DNA of 64,000 nucleotides from Lytechinus pictus. Taxonomy: Eukaryota. Both the position numbers and the translations under genes were made by a program. Shown in pieces: positions 26,501 through 41,500 of the stretch. How positions within the stretch are numbered: position 1 is the stretch's first letter; every line of letters starts with the position of its first letter. Below the pieces are notes generated by a model that saw nothing but the letters and a program-made list of their open reading frames with translations, was not told the origin of the DNA and ran no database searches. The stretch covers positions 10,294,001 to 10,358,000 of the forward strand of contig NC_087252.1 of NCBI RefSeq assembly GCF_037042905.1, given 5' to 3'.

Positions 26501-29500
26501 ATCATATCATCTGAGATCTGACCTTTGACCTGATTATCTTATCAAACATTTCATTCATTTATGATAGGCGTAGCCCTTAGAGTAAGTGAGATGGAAGAGG
26601 GAGCATGGTACCCCAGTATGCACCCCTCCCCTACCATTTCCCGGAAGAATTTGGATAATCTTCATTTATTTATCCATTTTTTATTACACATATTTTAAAA
26701 AGGGTAGCCCAATCGACAGAGACACTGGTTTTCATTGGGGCCCTTAAATACAAAGTAAAAAATACATAGACACAGACATATGTAGTACAAGCAATCAAAG
26801 ATGATATACAGTATAGTGTTTAACAATATGTTACAAAGTACAATTTAAATGTGAATATTAAGTAACCTTAGGAAATTGGGGGAAAACAAAAAAGTTAATA
26901 AATAGAATGCATGACGAACGCTTTAATTGTGAACCTAAAATATTGAAGGCACTAGCGTACCTACGGGGGCAGGCAGAGGGGGCAGTCTGCCCCCCCCCCC
27001 CCTGACGAGCCACAACCCATGCAAAGGACGTATCCCTGCCTCCCTGACGAGCTTGAAAGACCTTTTTTGCCCCCCTGACGAGCTTGAAGACCTTTATTAC
27101 CCCCCCCCCCCCTGATGAGCTTGAAGCTCTTTTTTTTTTGCTTGTCAAATTTTTTTTCTGGTACGAAATTCTTCATTTGAGATTGAAGACCTTTTTTTTT
27201 TTTTTTTTTTTTTTTTATTTGCTTGTCAAATTTTTTTCTGGTACGAAATCCTTCATTTGTGATTGAAGACCTTTTTTTTTTTTGCTTGTCAAATTTTTTG
27301 GCGGACGGTTTCCCTCCCCCCCCCCCCCTGTGGAAAATCCTAGGTACGCCACTGGTTGAAGGTAATATTCGTATCTCTTCTATTTCGACATAACAAAGTG
27401 ACGTGTTTGGGCTGTGTTCTATTCCATTTTGATTTGATAATTTTGATGAAATCTAGAGAGTGTTTTATGAGGGCTTTCGTCCGACAGTTATCATGCGTGT
27501 GCTTCTCAGCCAATCAGAATCAAGAAAATTTTCGGATCTCACAACTTCCGTTTTCATTTCTCGCTGTCATGACTGTGACTGAATGTATAATGCATGCACA
27601 AAGTAATTTTAATGCAATCATAAAATGTTGTTATGACTTCAAAGGGGAAGTTAACCTTGGCGAAAAATATGTTAAAAAGAAAGTTGGAGGTGGTAAGCGT
27701 ATGATTTCCTGTTATACTTCCTGTAGAAGAAGTGATTAACTATGGATTATGTCCTAGTATATTATTAAATATGTGACATAAGTTTTATCATCACATAACA
27801 AAGGGAATACCGGAAGAAATGATAATAGATACTGGCGAAGGATTGAGGAAAATACACCAAAGATTGAGTATATTATAACAATCTTAAGTTTCGTAAAATA
27901 GCCTTAAAAACGGACATACTGAAGCTTTTCGACATGCACTCATCGGAGTAAAATCGCATGAATGACTAAAACGCTAGAGCAAAACAATATATGATAGAAC
28001 CGTACCCAGACAATGGACGCTAAATGGCGAGCCGTGATTGGCTGTCAAGCAAACAAGTTAGGCTTGTTACAAGTTTTTTTGTTTGTGACGTCATATACCA
28101 GCAACTGCCTCATATATGTTACGTAAGTGCGTTAATCTCGTGATGACGAAAATTCGTACTTTTTAACGAGTGGGTGTAAAATGATCTGTTGACAAATTAA
28201 AATCACAATAAAAACATTTTAATGACATAATCATTTATATATGTTAGTATACGATATATGGAGAACCTGCTCTCATATGACGTCGCGAATCCATTTTTTT
28301 TTTAACTTTAAACTCTGATGGATATTCCTCAACTCTTCATCAATATTTTGTTATCGTTTTTAAGGTTAAATAGGTAAAAATAAATAAAATTTCTCTCAGG
28401 GTAAAATTACCGTTTAAAAATTGTATCAAAATGTTGCCCTAATTTCTCATGCCCTTTCTATCTGTCTTTCTCATTTCAATCCCTGTACAGACTTCCAAGA
28501 TGTCCATGTGATGATGTTCGTTGGTTTTGGGTTTCTGATGACATTCCTGAAGCGGTATGGTTACAGCAGTGTCGGTATCAACTTCCTCCTCGCAGCCTTC
28601 GTCATCCAATGGGCAACCCTCTTCCGCGGGTTCACCGAGCTCGGGCATAGTGATGATGGCAAGATACATGTTAGCGTCCAGTCGTAAGTGTTCATTCATC
28701 CAATCGAGCTTGTATTGTATCCGGTTTGAGCTTGTTTTGTATCCGGTTTGAAAAATAAAATCTGTGCATTTGATTGGTTGAAAGCAGACCACGTGATTAA
28801 ACGCTATTGTCACTAACCACGGAATGTAATTCCGTGTCATAACCCATAAAGAGTTCTTCCAAGCAATTTCGCTTGTATTGTATCCGGCATGAAAAACAAA
28901 ATCTGCTTATTTCATTGGTTCAAAGCGCATCACGTGATTAAATAGGCCGACAGTCCCCGCCAGCCTGGGAAAAAAAGTCCATACAAGTTTGTTCGTAGCT
29001 TGTTGATAGCTTCTCATAGTGTTTTTAAAAAATTACGTAAGGTGATAGTAAACACTGGTAAAGATAAAGCAGTTTTCAAAGTCATAAATTTGTGTTCCAA
29101 TAGGTCATTTACTATACATGTAGATCTAAATTTAAATATGTTCTAACAATGTTACGCATAGGGAAGAGGGTCTGGAGCTATGGACACCCCCCCCCCAAAA
29201 AAAAAAAAGAGAAAGAGAGAGAGAGGTAGAAGAGGTAGAAAGACCAAGAAAAAGGTAAAAAAGAAATGAAAATTGTTAAAACATGAAATCATTTTCTGTA
29301 TATATCTAAAAATATAATAATTCCATATTTTTGCAATAAAAATCGAACATTTTGCTCGCTCTCGCAATTTTTTTTTTCACAAATGTTGCCTTAAACGTCA
29401 TGTCTGGCCATCTCAAAATGTTTGCCCCATACCCACTCTGATCTAGTATAGCCATATTATTCTTGGAGAATTTACGAGTGTGATGGAACTTTGTAACGAT

Positions 29501-32500
29501 GGTAACTATTCAGTCGCGAACTGAAATTATGACTCACAAGGTAGTTGCTATACTCTTGCCATGATAAACGTAATTTCGTTATTGAACGGTTCTCTGGTCC
29601 TACCAGTTCTGTTTATAAACTGCAGTTCAACCCTGGCTTGTAGCTTTTGTAAATCACATTCAAACTTAATCTAATTAGCATGATGGACTTTGATTATTAG
29701 CACAACTTTCAAGTTGACATTTATCTATCTGGCCACGTGGCTTTTGCACGACACGAGTGTTGTTTTTTTTCCTTTGAAAACTGTATGAGTTCTGGGGACA
29801 TTTCCTCAACGTGACACGCAAATATTGAAAAATGACCATGCTGTTGTCACAAGCATTTTTTTACACAAATTGATCATTTTTTTATCGACCATTTTAATTT
29901 GCGCCAATATGACCAAACAATATGATGCCCAACATAATTTGCTTTGGGGCCTTGAAACACCCCCTCAAAAAAAATCACGGCCAAGAAAAAAAATAGGAAC
30001 TGAAAAGAGGTGAGAAGATGATTATTTTCTGAATATTGGTTCAGAATCCTTCACTAAATATTATGATCTTTTTATTAAAAAGGTCACAGTTTTTGCGAGC
30101 GAGCGAATTATTTTCATAAGTCATATTTTGCCCCACGTGTCATAATTGGCCCCCGATTTTGTGGCTCATTACACTAATGGCAGTCGGCATGATATAGTCA
30201 ACGAGGTGAAGATTTAGTCGGTTAGACTATATTTTGTTGGTGTTTTTAATACTCTAGTGCAGCGCTTCTCAAACGGTGGGCCGTGGCCCACTGATGGGCC
30301 GCGAAGCTCTCTCAGGTGGGCCGCAAGAAGCTCCAGAGGGAGAAAAACTACAGTATATTTCACAGACTTGTCTGATTAGTCAACGTGGGTCAAACAAAAC
30401 CAATGCACACTTTATATGTATCATTCATGTTGCAAAGCATGCACAGACACACTATGATGGTTTCGATCTAATTTTTAGGTGAACCTCATGTGCATGCATA
30501 TTGTGTAGTTAATTGTCGCCCAAGATACCGGTCATTTGCGAATGAAGATAAGTTCTCAAACTGTTTGTTCCAAATGTGCTTCAGAACTTTGTGTTCAAAT
30601 TTCACGGAACATTTTTACATCAAACTGGATGTTTTCTTAAAATTTTGGTAGGTGGGCCTAAAAAAAATCTGAGAGTCAAAGTGGTCCTCGACTTAAAAAG
30701 AAGGTTGAGAAGCGCTGCTCTAGTGTGCTATATGATTTCGTGTTAGCTCAGAGCATGTACGGTTAAATCATGCTTCATCATAATGATTGATTTGGCTTAG
30801 CAAGCTGGTGTATGAGTTCAGCTGTTTGAAATGGAGACAGTAAACATCGGCATACAGGCTAAATACTGGAAAGTAGGCAGCCAATAAAAGTACATAATGA
30901 ATACAAAAAGTACAGAGTATACAGGGCCAAACATGAAAGGTTTGTCGGGAGTTTTCAGTTCATAGATGATGTCTCAATGGACTTTAGACTATGCAGGTTT
31001 TTTTTTTTAATTGAATAAAAAACGCTGTTTATTACAAGGACTTTACCGTACTTCTTGAACAGATTAAACAAGTATATTTTTTTTTATTTAGCAAGACAAT
31101 TTGCTATTTAATACTTAATCTTTAATAATATAACCATGGTTGTTTGATATCCTAAACATCTAGTCAAATTGTTAATCGGCGTTTTCATTGTTTTTACTGC
31201 GTATACGCACAACCATATAGGCGGAGATCCCGCGCGCGGGCTATATAGGGCAAAAAATGGTACAACAATATTTCACCACCTGGGACGGGAGGCGTACCAA
31301 CACTGTAAAAAATGAAGTGTTAATTTATTACTTACAGTGCTTGTATAGAGACTGCACTACGATTGCAGATTTTTCTAGTTTAAAGTTGAACTAGAAAATC
31401 AGCACTCGCAGTGCAGGCACTATACAAGCACTATAAGTGCTAAATATTAGCGCTTCATTTTTTACAGTGTAAATGTCAATTTTAGAGGTATAAATTGGAC
31501 TTTTTCAATCAATTTTTGGAGAACGAAATGTTCCTGCAAGCTCGCTTCGCCCGCTCACTTGTAATAAGTTGGGGCGGCGATCTTACGTGCCCCCTCCCCT
31601 TCTCGTTACAAAGGATATCACACCATTGCGTATAACTGATACCCGGATCTAAGGCTAAATGAATTAGACAAACCCGAATTTCTCCAGGTAATTTTTAGCA
31701 TCTTGAAATCTTGTAATTCAGATTGATAATCCACTGATAATCCTTATCAGTGGATTATCAATCCTGGACATAAGAGTAATTAAGTATCGCTGATCATCCG
31801 CGCGAATTTCAGGTCACATGACCAATGTCGAAAGTTATTTAAGGTCAATGAACTTTGGCCATGTTGGAGGTAATTGTTTAACTGTCGGCATAACTTTGAA
31901 AGTTCATGGATATAGTTTATGAAATGTGGACATTAGGATGTGTCGCTGACAAAAGTCTTAGGTCACATGATCAAAGTCAAATGTCATTTAGGGTCAATGA
32001 ACATAGTATTATATCACTATATGAATCGTGTTTTTGTGAATAATTACTTTATATTAGTTTTCAGAGTCAGCACTGCTGCTATATTGAATCGCGTAATGCA
32101 GGCGAGACTGCCAGAGGCGCTCCACTTGTTTAGGAAAAGTTGTTGGCGAGCCATTCTATCGAGTAGAACATGACGAATGAGATTGCGAGGTGAAATTCAA
32201 ATTACTACTTTTTCTTCATTTTCAGATTCTAAAGATGGTGGCTTTAAAAGTTTTTTGTGGCTTTGCAAGGATTGCCAAGAATAGAATGTTGAGTTCACAC
32301 TCTAGTTGCTTATCACAACACGAGCCTTTGCATAAATGAACTCTCCCTTCGGGCGTATTAATTCCCTGACATTCTTTTGTCATACCCAAATTTAATTGTA
32401 CTTATTTATAGGTTCAATAATGTTCATAATTCTCTTTAAGTGCTTTCATGTTATCGGTTTGCTGTTGTGGGTATGTCTTACATGAACATTTCAGCGAGCG

Positions 32501-35500
32501 TATGCCTACGTATGTATAGCTATGGCAACTTGGAAAAGTTGTTTTCTTAATCAAATGTCTCCATATCAAGATATTTTGTTTGTTTGTTTCTTAGATTTTT
32601 TGGGGGGGATGACAGAAATCAGTGGCGTAATGAGTCAAAAGTTGTGAGGGGGCCATATATAGCGTATGACATTTATGAAAATTTGCGAGGGTGTGAAGCG
32701 AGCGAGCACAAATTTCGACATTTTTAATACAAAAATCAAGTTTTGTGAATTTTCTTCACTTATTTCACCCTTCTTTAACTCCTTTCTGTCCTTTTCTCTG
32801 TTTTTTTTTTTTTGTCTTGGCAGTGAATAATGCCATCGGTATACGCCACTGTTGGAAATAATTCTTCCAGTACATAATTTGAATTGTGGATATTTTGTGT
32901 TAACAAAATACAATCCTTCATAGCGAAAATGTTCGTGTCCCTTTCTTTTCTTTTTTCTTCTCATTTCAAACAACGAAATAAAAAATGTATCAAGTTCAAG
33001 GAGTAAAAAACACATTTGAAGAGCAACGCATGTAATAGATAAACGACATAAGGCATGAATAGAATGTTTGATATCATAAAATGTAATTAAAGGAGGAAAA
33101 GGCTAAAAACACATCGGCATTCACTTGCTAAAAAAAACGTCTGGTGGATGTTTCACGAATCTGTTCGTAGGATACTTTCAGGTGACTTTACGAACGACTG
33201 GTGATCATTTCTTTGTAACTAAATCAACATCAATGAAATGTTGGTGCACCTTACATTTACCACAAGATAAGATCACCAACATGACCAAAGTCACTCGAAG
33301 AGGGAGAAAAGGAGGGAGAAAGATAGAGAAACCTAGTGGGGGATGAAGAAATTATTGTATATTATATTGCATAAGAAATATTTTTCATAACTTTATGGAA
33401 ACGATTTGCTTAGGGCCTATGTGTTCAATATTCCTGGTGCTCGCATTGACTGTTTGATGAGATAAAAAATCCTGCTTTAATAAAACTTCTCGTTTTCAAG
33501 TCCATATACACCAAAACAAGGGTGGATCCAGAATTTTCCAAAAGGGGGGAGGGGAAATTTTTCCAAGGAAATGGGGGACCTTTCTGTTTTAACGGCATTT
33601 TTACATTACAAATTTAATTTTTGCTACTAAAAGTGATTGCCCCCTTTTAAGGTCTGAATATAAAACATTTCTATGTCGTGCTTACGCTCGCAGTGGATTG
33701 GTGAGATATGTTTGCTGTTTATGAATTCCTAAAAAAAAAAGTCCTTTAGACGTCCCTTTTTCTTGTCTAGATATCAAACATTTTCAGCTCGCTCTTCGCT
33801 CTCGCAATATTTGGTTAGTGAAATACGTAAGGTCTTAGTGAATTTCTATAAACAGTCCTTAGAATTCCCCTCTTCATGTCTGAATTTCCAAAATTTTAAT
33901 CTCGCGCTTCGCACTTGCACTTTTGATGAGTGAGATACATATCATATTAATGATTACAATGACTACAAAAAATTTTTCATGTGTTTAGGTGTAATTTTGA
34001 CAAATCAGCATGAGAGGACTATGGTGAGATATGTATGCTCTTCATGAAGCCCTAAAAACTAGTCCTTAAAATGTCCCTGTTTGGGGTAAATATGTTTTTT
34101 CCAGCTCGCGCTTCGCTTGCATTGATTTTTTATTGAGATACGTATCCGTTTAATGGCACAGTACTTAAAATGTCTATATTAGGTCAGTACACCTGGCATT
34201 TGAGCGCGCTTCGCGCGCCTACTAAGTGACAAATAAACTTTAGCTGATGCCCCCAATGCCGTGACCCACGGCACGCCTCTGGTCAGAAGATTTGTATTAA
34301 TCGGTGGAAAATTAATTTGTCGTCAGGTATAAGACCACCAACAATTTTATTGAAAGTAGTCGGTGTTCTTTGGGAAAATTGTTTGGTGTTTGCCACTCCG
34401 AAAAATGTTAAAGAAATGGCAAATAAAGTAGTCGGTGAAAGTAAACTTGTTGGCTTCCCATGGCGTAGTCATCGAGCTGGACCTTGAAGCTCTCATGAAA
34501 CGGTGGATTGTGCCGGTCAATGACGCGAAAGTAATTCATCTGTTATCGAATGTGGCAGCCTTCAGAACTAACATGATCGTTGCATTTATGAAGCTTCACT
34601 AATTTACAAATAGTAGTATTGTCTGTTACTATCTATCATATCTATGGGGTGTAAAATCGCCTGGGGCGAACGAGCACATGAAGATATACCAACATCATTT
34701 GATGGTTTGGATGTGTTCCCACTGTATTTAATCTTTTTCCATGATACAATAGAGGTTAAGAAAAAAAACATTCCTTGTTTGTTGAGATGTTTTGGCCTTG
34801 ATGGCGACTGGCTGAAGCACGGTGAGTTCAAGAATGGAAAATATTTTGTCAAATGCCCTTCATGACAATGAGCAACCAAGAGGTCTTTGTCGAAAATTGG
34901 CGAATCAAAACAACGGTTTCGTCCTGGACTCTGGATGAACGACAATACTTGCCATTCTTAGTCAGCTCTGAAACTCGGGACTAAACTGCTGTTCCGGTTC
35001 ACCATTTTTCGTGGATTTTATTTTGAATATAACCGAACCACCGGCTACTTATTTAAATAGTCTAGGGTCTATTTCAATTTATATCCATTGAAGAAAAAGC
35101 TCATCCTGAAGTCTTTAAAAGACATAGGCAAACATATGGATAAAATATAAAAGCAATGTGAGACAAAATTTAGGCCTCGTGGACCCTCGGTCTGTAATAG
35201 TGGGAAAGTTATCGGCCCGTTATCATGGTTATCGGACTCTTGCTGGGATTGGTCCTCTTTAAACACTGGTTGGGTCTTTTAACACGACTGAATTAACACA
35301 GTTAACACCACTGTTTTAATTGTTCTAATACTTGGTTTAAACCAAATCCAAAGTAGTTATCAATGTGTTGGTAATGGGAACGGGTCTGCAATGTCACCCG
35401 CCATGTTTTGAACAACATTAGCACCTGTTTCTTCGGCTTGGCACGTAGTATAATTAGTTATGCTTTCGAAAGCACAGTTCAATAGATAATATTGGAGTTC

Positions 35501-38500
35501 ATTAACACTGAACCAGAGGATTACATTAATACAGGGGTAAAGCTAAAGGGAGGAATGGCCGACCGCCCCATCATGGTTTCTCAAGTCAAATCATGAAGAA
35601 GAAAAAAACAAAAAGAGGACAAAAGAGATGAAAAGGGGGAGGGGGATCACAGTGTCACAAAAGGGTATAGGTCGCGTAACCTTTCATCACTCCCGTTATT
35701 CATTTTAGAAAAAATGACGGTAATTGTTGGTTGTTTTGCCCCCTCCTTCCCACATCAGATTAGCCCGGTCCCCCCCCCCCCCTATATGGTTCACTCAGTG
35801 TGGTAAAGGGTTGGTAATATGGTACGTGAGGGGTTGGCATACTAGGAGTAGGCGCCGGCCCAGAAGGGGGACACAAGTCCTCAACTATTTCCTAAAGTAT
35901 CTCCTCCGTGTGACACATGCCTACTCTTTTGATAGATAACTTATTTTGACCTTTGCTTCTTGATTTACCTGGTTTCGTTTTACTTGAGGGGCCAGACATG
36001 CCGTATGGGGCAACATTTCCATTAAAAAAAGTTGCGAGTGAGCTATTAAGCGATTGACGAAAAAGGTTTTGACTTTTTTTAACGAAAGTCTAATTTTGTG
36101 ATATATTTTGACATAATATTCAGAGAATAATGTCATTTTTACCAACTTTCCTTTTTCTTCATTTTCTTGAACATTTTAGAGGGCATGGCCCTCAAGCCAC
36201 CTTCATCTGGACGCCAGTGCAATTCTCATGAAATTTGGCTCACACATTGGTTGTGAGGTAAAGATGTGCGAGACAAAGTTTGTGTGCGTTTGTCAGAAAT
36301 CGTGTTGCCATGGTAAAAACATGTCTGTTTTAGGTTAAAAAAAATATTGCGGTTTGAAGTTCTTCATCAGTTTTCAACCAAGTCCCATGAAATTTTGCAC
36401 ACACATTGGTCTTGAGATTGGAATATGCAAGACGTATTTTTTGTTTGTGTTGGTAATCCTTTTGCCATGGTTACAACATTTGATTAGGCGAAAATTAGAT
36501 TTTTTAAAATCTTGCGGTTCAAATTACTTCATCGGTTTTTAACAAATTCTCATAAATTTGTCTCACACATTGGTTTTGAGGTGAAGATGTGCGAGACGCA
36601 TTTTTTTATGTGTGTCGGAAATTGTATTGCCCTGGTAAAACATTTCTGTATTAGGAAAAAGGAATCATGTGGTTTCAATTACTTACTCAGTTTTCAACTA
36701 ATTCTCATGAAAGTTGCTACGCACATAGATCTTAAGCTAGGGAGTGCAAGACACATATTTTACATTTGTAAGAAATAGTGTTGCCATGGTAACAGCATAT
36801 TACGACCCCCAAAACACGTATGTTGGCATCTGCGTTGTCACGGTAACGGCATATGGCGGAGGGGGGTTATTAATAACCTTCAGAGATATTTCTAGCAGAT
36901 CCAGAGACTACAGTCAGGCTAAGTCCTCCAACGAAACGGGCTCCAGACTAATATAGAACAGAGTCCCCAGACCAATCAAAGCTATTGTGTTACCTTAAAA
37001 GGCATACCATTGGCCTGGCGGTTTGGCTGCCATGAGTGTAGACCACGGATGGACTAATGGCTTCTGAATGTGACAGATAGCGGAAAATTGCAAAAATATC
37101 CAAAAAAATGTCAGAACCGGCTAAAAAAAGAAAATTACTATTATAAACAAAATATAAATAGAAACAGCTACAAAACATTTATAATAAACACCAGCCTTAA
37201 ACCAAGGGTATTATAACAAGCGAACAGATTATTGGTTTAACCTTCCATTTCTTTCGACCCTCATTTAACTCATTTAGGCATAATGCAATCAATGATTGAT
37301 TGGTATGTTTTCCCCTAACCATAAACTCCCTTGTTCCTATTAGTTCGTGTTAATCTTCTTAAATACCTTTTCCAGTTATTTTCATTTGACATCTTGAGCA
37401 GCATAGGCTTGATAAAGTGGTCCCTGCATGAGGTTTTGTAAGGCCATAGATAAGGCAAACTTTGGGCTGGTTAATGGCGTCAAAAGAATTATGATTCGAG
37501 AGGTAGACCCTGACTGACCTAGTTACAGACGACAAAAGGTACTTTTGGGCCTTAATTTCTGTTACAATGGAAAGAGATCTAATGGCCAACAGCCAGACTG
37601 TAGGTACCTATACTAATGAGCAAATATGCTAGAGTCATCCAATTCATCTCGTGACTGAATACTTCTACCTGCAAAATGTCGTGAATCATGAGCTTTTCTT
37701 TCTCTAATACCCCTTTCATAAACCCAATAAATCACAATTATGCGGCTAATAGCAGCATAATTTGGTCGTAAAATCAGAGGAGGACAAGAGTTATCCGCAT
37801 TATTCTGATGCTGCTATTATCCGCATAATAGCAGCATCGGGACAAGATTTTGAGTTTATGAACGTATTTCCAAATAATGCGGATAATTGCTATGGTGCGG
37901 TCACAAGGTCACCCTTTTCCAACACCGCATCGGAGGGGGCGTGTCCAGTTGTCATGACGATTATCTGCCTTTTTCAGGACGGGCGCTCGTAAAAATAATG
38001 CGGATAATTTTCGGATTTTGTGAACGCAATTTTTATTGAATTATCCGCATTACTCTTAGGCGGCCAATTGGAGGATAGGTTTTATTGGGTTTATGAAAGG
38101 GGTATTAGACTTTACCAACTTTAACCTCAAGTCAAATAAAATATCATTGCACCATCGCGGATAGAGTAAACGTTTCTCTATCATATTGGTCATTTATTTT
38201 GTATAAAATATTTGGATAAATGAGTGAATTTTAGTCCTGAAAATGTGCCTCAAAAATGAATTTTCTTCCTCTGGTTTCTGTTGCAATTTGTGGAAATCTT
38301 TGTGTATTGTGCCTCAATGATATCTATATCACCATAGAGCTGACATTCTTTACTTTCTCGCAATGTCACTCTTAATATGTGGCACCTTTTAATTGAGTCA
38401 AGATCACAACAAGGTACAAGACTTGATTTTTAAAATTTTGACCTGAAATCCAAAGTTTTGAAGGTTTCAAACCAACATGCGCATGTAATTTGATGAGATT

Positions 38501-41500
38501 AACACTTGGGACGTGACCTTGGAGGGGCCCAAGGATGGGCACTGTTGGAATTTTGGTGGGTGTGTGGTCTTTTTGACCAATCAGATTGTGGTATCCTAGT
38601 TTTCAAGATGCTTATTGTACTTGGCCAATGCAAAGTGTGATCTTGACCCGATTAAGCAAATTCTTATTTTGAAACCTTTACCAAAAATCATTTGGGCTCA
38701 ATCAAAAATGAAGTGTAAAAACAACAACTTTTGTCAGGTGAAAATAATTATTCTGTTGCATGTTTTATATTAAAGGTTTTACCTTCATTCGAATTTTTGT
38801 AAATAAATTCAAACACATGACCTGAAAGAATGACTCTTTTTCTTTACAGTGATATCATAATCATGAAATTTTATATAAGATTATAGCTGTAATGGCCGCA
38901 TAAAAAGAGCTGTTTTGTTCCGGACCCAGCTCATTACATATGCAATACCTCTCTTGTCGTGTATGCAGGGTTCCCACGGTCATGGAAAATCCTGGAAAAA
39001 TTTGTGGTCCTGGAAAGTCAGGGAATTTGGAAAACTTGTGAAAAGTCATGGAAAAGTCATGGAACTGCATTTACCTCCTGGCTATGGCAGCTTTCCGTTT
39101 TGTCGTGTCTCGCAAAGTTCTCTCATACTTAATTATCATTCTCTGCTATTATAATTGGTGTTCATAATTTCCATTTTTCCCAGTTTTGTGACATCCCAAA
39201 TTCTACAAAACTCCTGGGACATAGTTTCTAGTGGAAAGCTGAAAGGGTGTAGCGTCCCTTGCCTCCAGAGCTTTTCAATGTTATGTGGTGTACAGTCATG
39301 TAGTCTGCATACATTCTGTTTTGTTGGTAGTGGTTTTGGGTCTTGTGGTGAGCAGGCATGCTGGTGCGCAGGCATGTTGGTGCGTAGGGGTGCTGGTACA
39401 TGGGTGGTGGCTAGCATCATAATATGGTATATGCATAGGGGTGGTAGCTAGCATTATGTAGAGTTTCTCTCACTCACAGCATACTGATACACCACACTTC
39501 TCAATACTGTATGCCAGATGCTCAAAATGACTCAATTTTGTTTAAATTGTGTCAGTTTGAGCATCATGGAGAGATTTCTTTCAGGTATCATCATTATCCA
39601 GTCATGTCAAAGAAGTGTTATTTCCAGCACCTTTGGCTAGATGATCCAGAGTATGCATCATGGCTGCAAGAAGTTAAAGATGACAAGTGCAAGGCCTTTT
39701 GCATGGCATGCAGAAAAAACTTTGACATCTCCAACATGGGTGCGTGGGCCCTGAAGAGCCATATGAAGAGGAAGACACATGAGGATGAAATGAAGCGTAA
39801 ACCTACTACAGTTCAGCAATCCATCACAGAGTTTCTTCATGCCTCATCTACAGCTACCGGTGGTGCTTCTGCAGACGCAGTTCCTGCAGTGGAAGATGGT
39901 CGGACCTCTCGAGTTTGCCACGGGCTTACAACCTCTAAGTGTGCAACTGCAGATGGTGTCCTCAAGGCCGAAGTAATGTGGGCACTCAAAGTTGTTATGA
40001 ACTACTTGTCATTCAACAGTTGCAAGAATGTCAAGGACCTCTTTGCAACAATGTTCCCAGATAGTCCTACTGCAAAGGCCTTCACCTGTGGGCCGACCAA
40101 ATGTGCATATCTAGTGGTCTTTGGACTTGCTCCATATTTCCATAAGAGACTCATAGAAGAGACTAGGCTTACTCCATGCTACACAGTATCATTTGATGAA
40201 TGCATGAATGAGGTGTTGCAAAATGAACAGATGGACTTGGTCATCAGGTTCTGGAACAATGCAAGTGACCAAGTCGCAGTCCGCTACATGGGATCACAAT
40301 TTCTTGGACATACAAAAGCCACCGATCTCCTCAAACATTTCAAAGAAGGAACTGACAAGATGGACCCTAAACGTCTGCTGCAAGTCTCAATGGATGGGCC
40401 AAATGTCAATGTGAAATTTCACAAAGATCTTGTAAAAGAGAGGGCAGCAGAAGAACTACCAGAACTTCTGAACATTGTCAGCTGTGGGCTTCATACAGTT
40501 CATGGGAGTCTGCACACTGGAGCAAACAAGACTGGATGGAACCTGGGAAATCTGCTCAGGGCCATATGGCAGATATTCCACGATAGTCCAGCACGAAGAG
40601 AGGATTTCACAAAAATCACGAGAAGCAGCCTCTATCCTCTAAAATTCTGTGCCCACAGATGGGTAGAAGATGTGAAAGTTGCAGAGCGTGCACTCTTCAT
40701 ATGGCCTGCTGTGGAGATATTTGTTGGGTCCTTTTAAGGCAAGGAAGCACCGAGTACAGTGTCATTTACAACCGTCAAGGCAGTTTGTAGGGATACATTA
40801 ACATTGGCAAAACTCCAGTTCTTCATCTCGGTCGCCAAGCAACTGAAGGGCTTCCTCACAAAGTTCCAGACAGATGCTCCCATGGTACCATTTCTAGGCC
40901 CAGAGCTTAAGGATCTCCTTGTTACCCTCATGAGCCGATTTATGAAAAAGGAGCTTCTAGACGAAGCTGATACCTACCAGAAGATAGCAGCTTTGGACCC
41001 CAATGATGACCAGAAGAATCTGCTGCCGCTAAAAAAAGTTGACATAGGGTTTGCAGCCCGCCAAACCCTGATAAATGTTACAGAGAAGAAGCTCACGAGT
41101 GAACTGAGAGTGCTTGCATTCAGAAATGAATGCATCACTTTGCTTCAGTGCATGGTAACAAAGTTGCTTGAGCGGTGCCCTCTCAAGTACCCCATGGTCA
41201 GGTGTCTGTCTTCACTGATACCAATTTCAAAGAAACTGGTCTCGGGATCTAGTGACTCGGCAGCAAAGTTTGACAAGATTCTGCAGACACTCATGAATGC
41301 CAAGAGGAGAACAAGTGAGCAGTGTGATGACCTGTTGTCTCAGTACAAGGGCTACTGTGCTGACATGAGGCAACAACATTTGGATGAGTTCAAAGCCTTC
41401 ACTCCCGACCCTGACACAGACACCAACAGCAGGCTAGATACATTCCTGTGCAAGTACATGAAGGGCACCAAGTATGATAAACTGTGGGAAGTAGTCAAGA

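Noticed and set aside
27002..27130. CTGACGA-GCTT-GAAA hammerhead-like strings
   Set aside because: No room for stem II and no stem I or III pairing; these are internal repeats of a hAT-like MITE.
28439..28840. 133-aa antisense ORF over exon 2
   Set aside because: Antisense shadow of the Rh coding exon with no independent support.
39511..39603. Upstream ATG extension of the transposase ORF (MPDAQN...)
   Set aside because: Transposase-like sequence starts at MSKKCYF (39604); the extension spans an acceptor-like tract and is probably intron or UTR.
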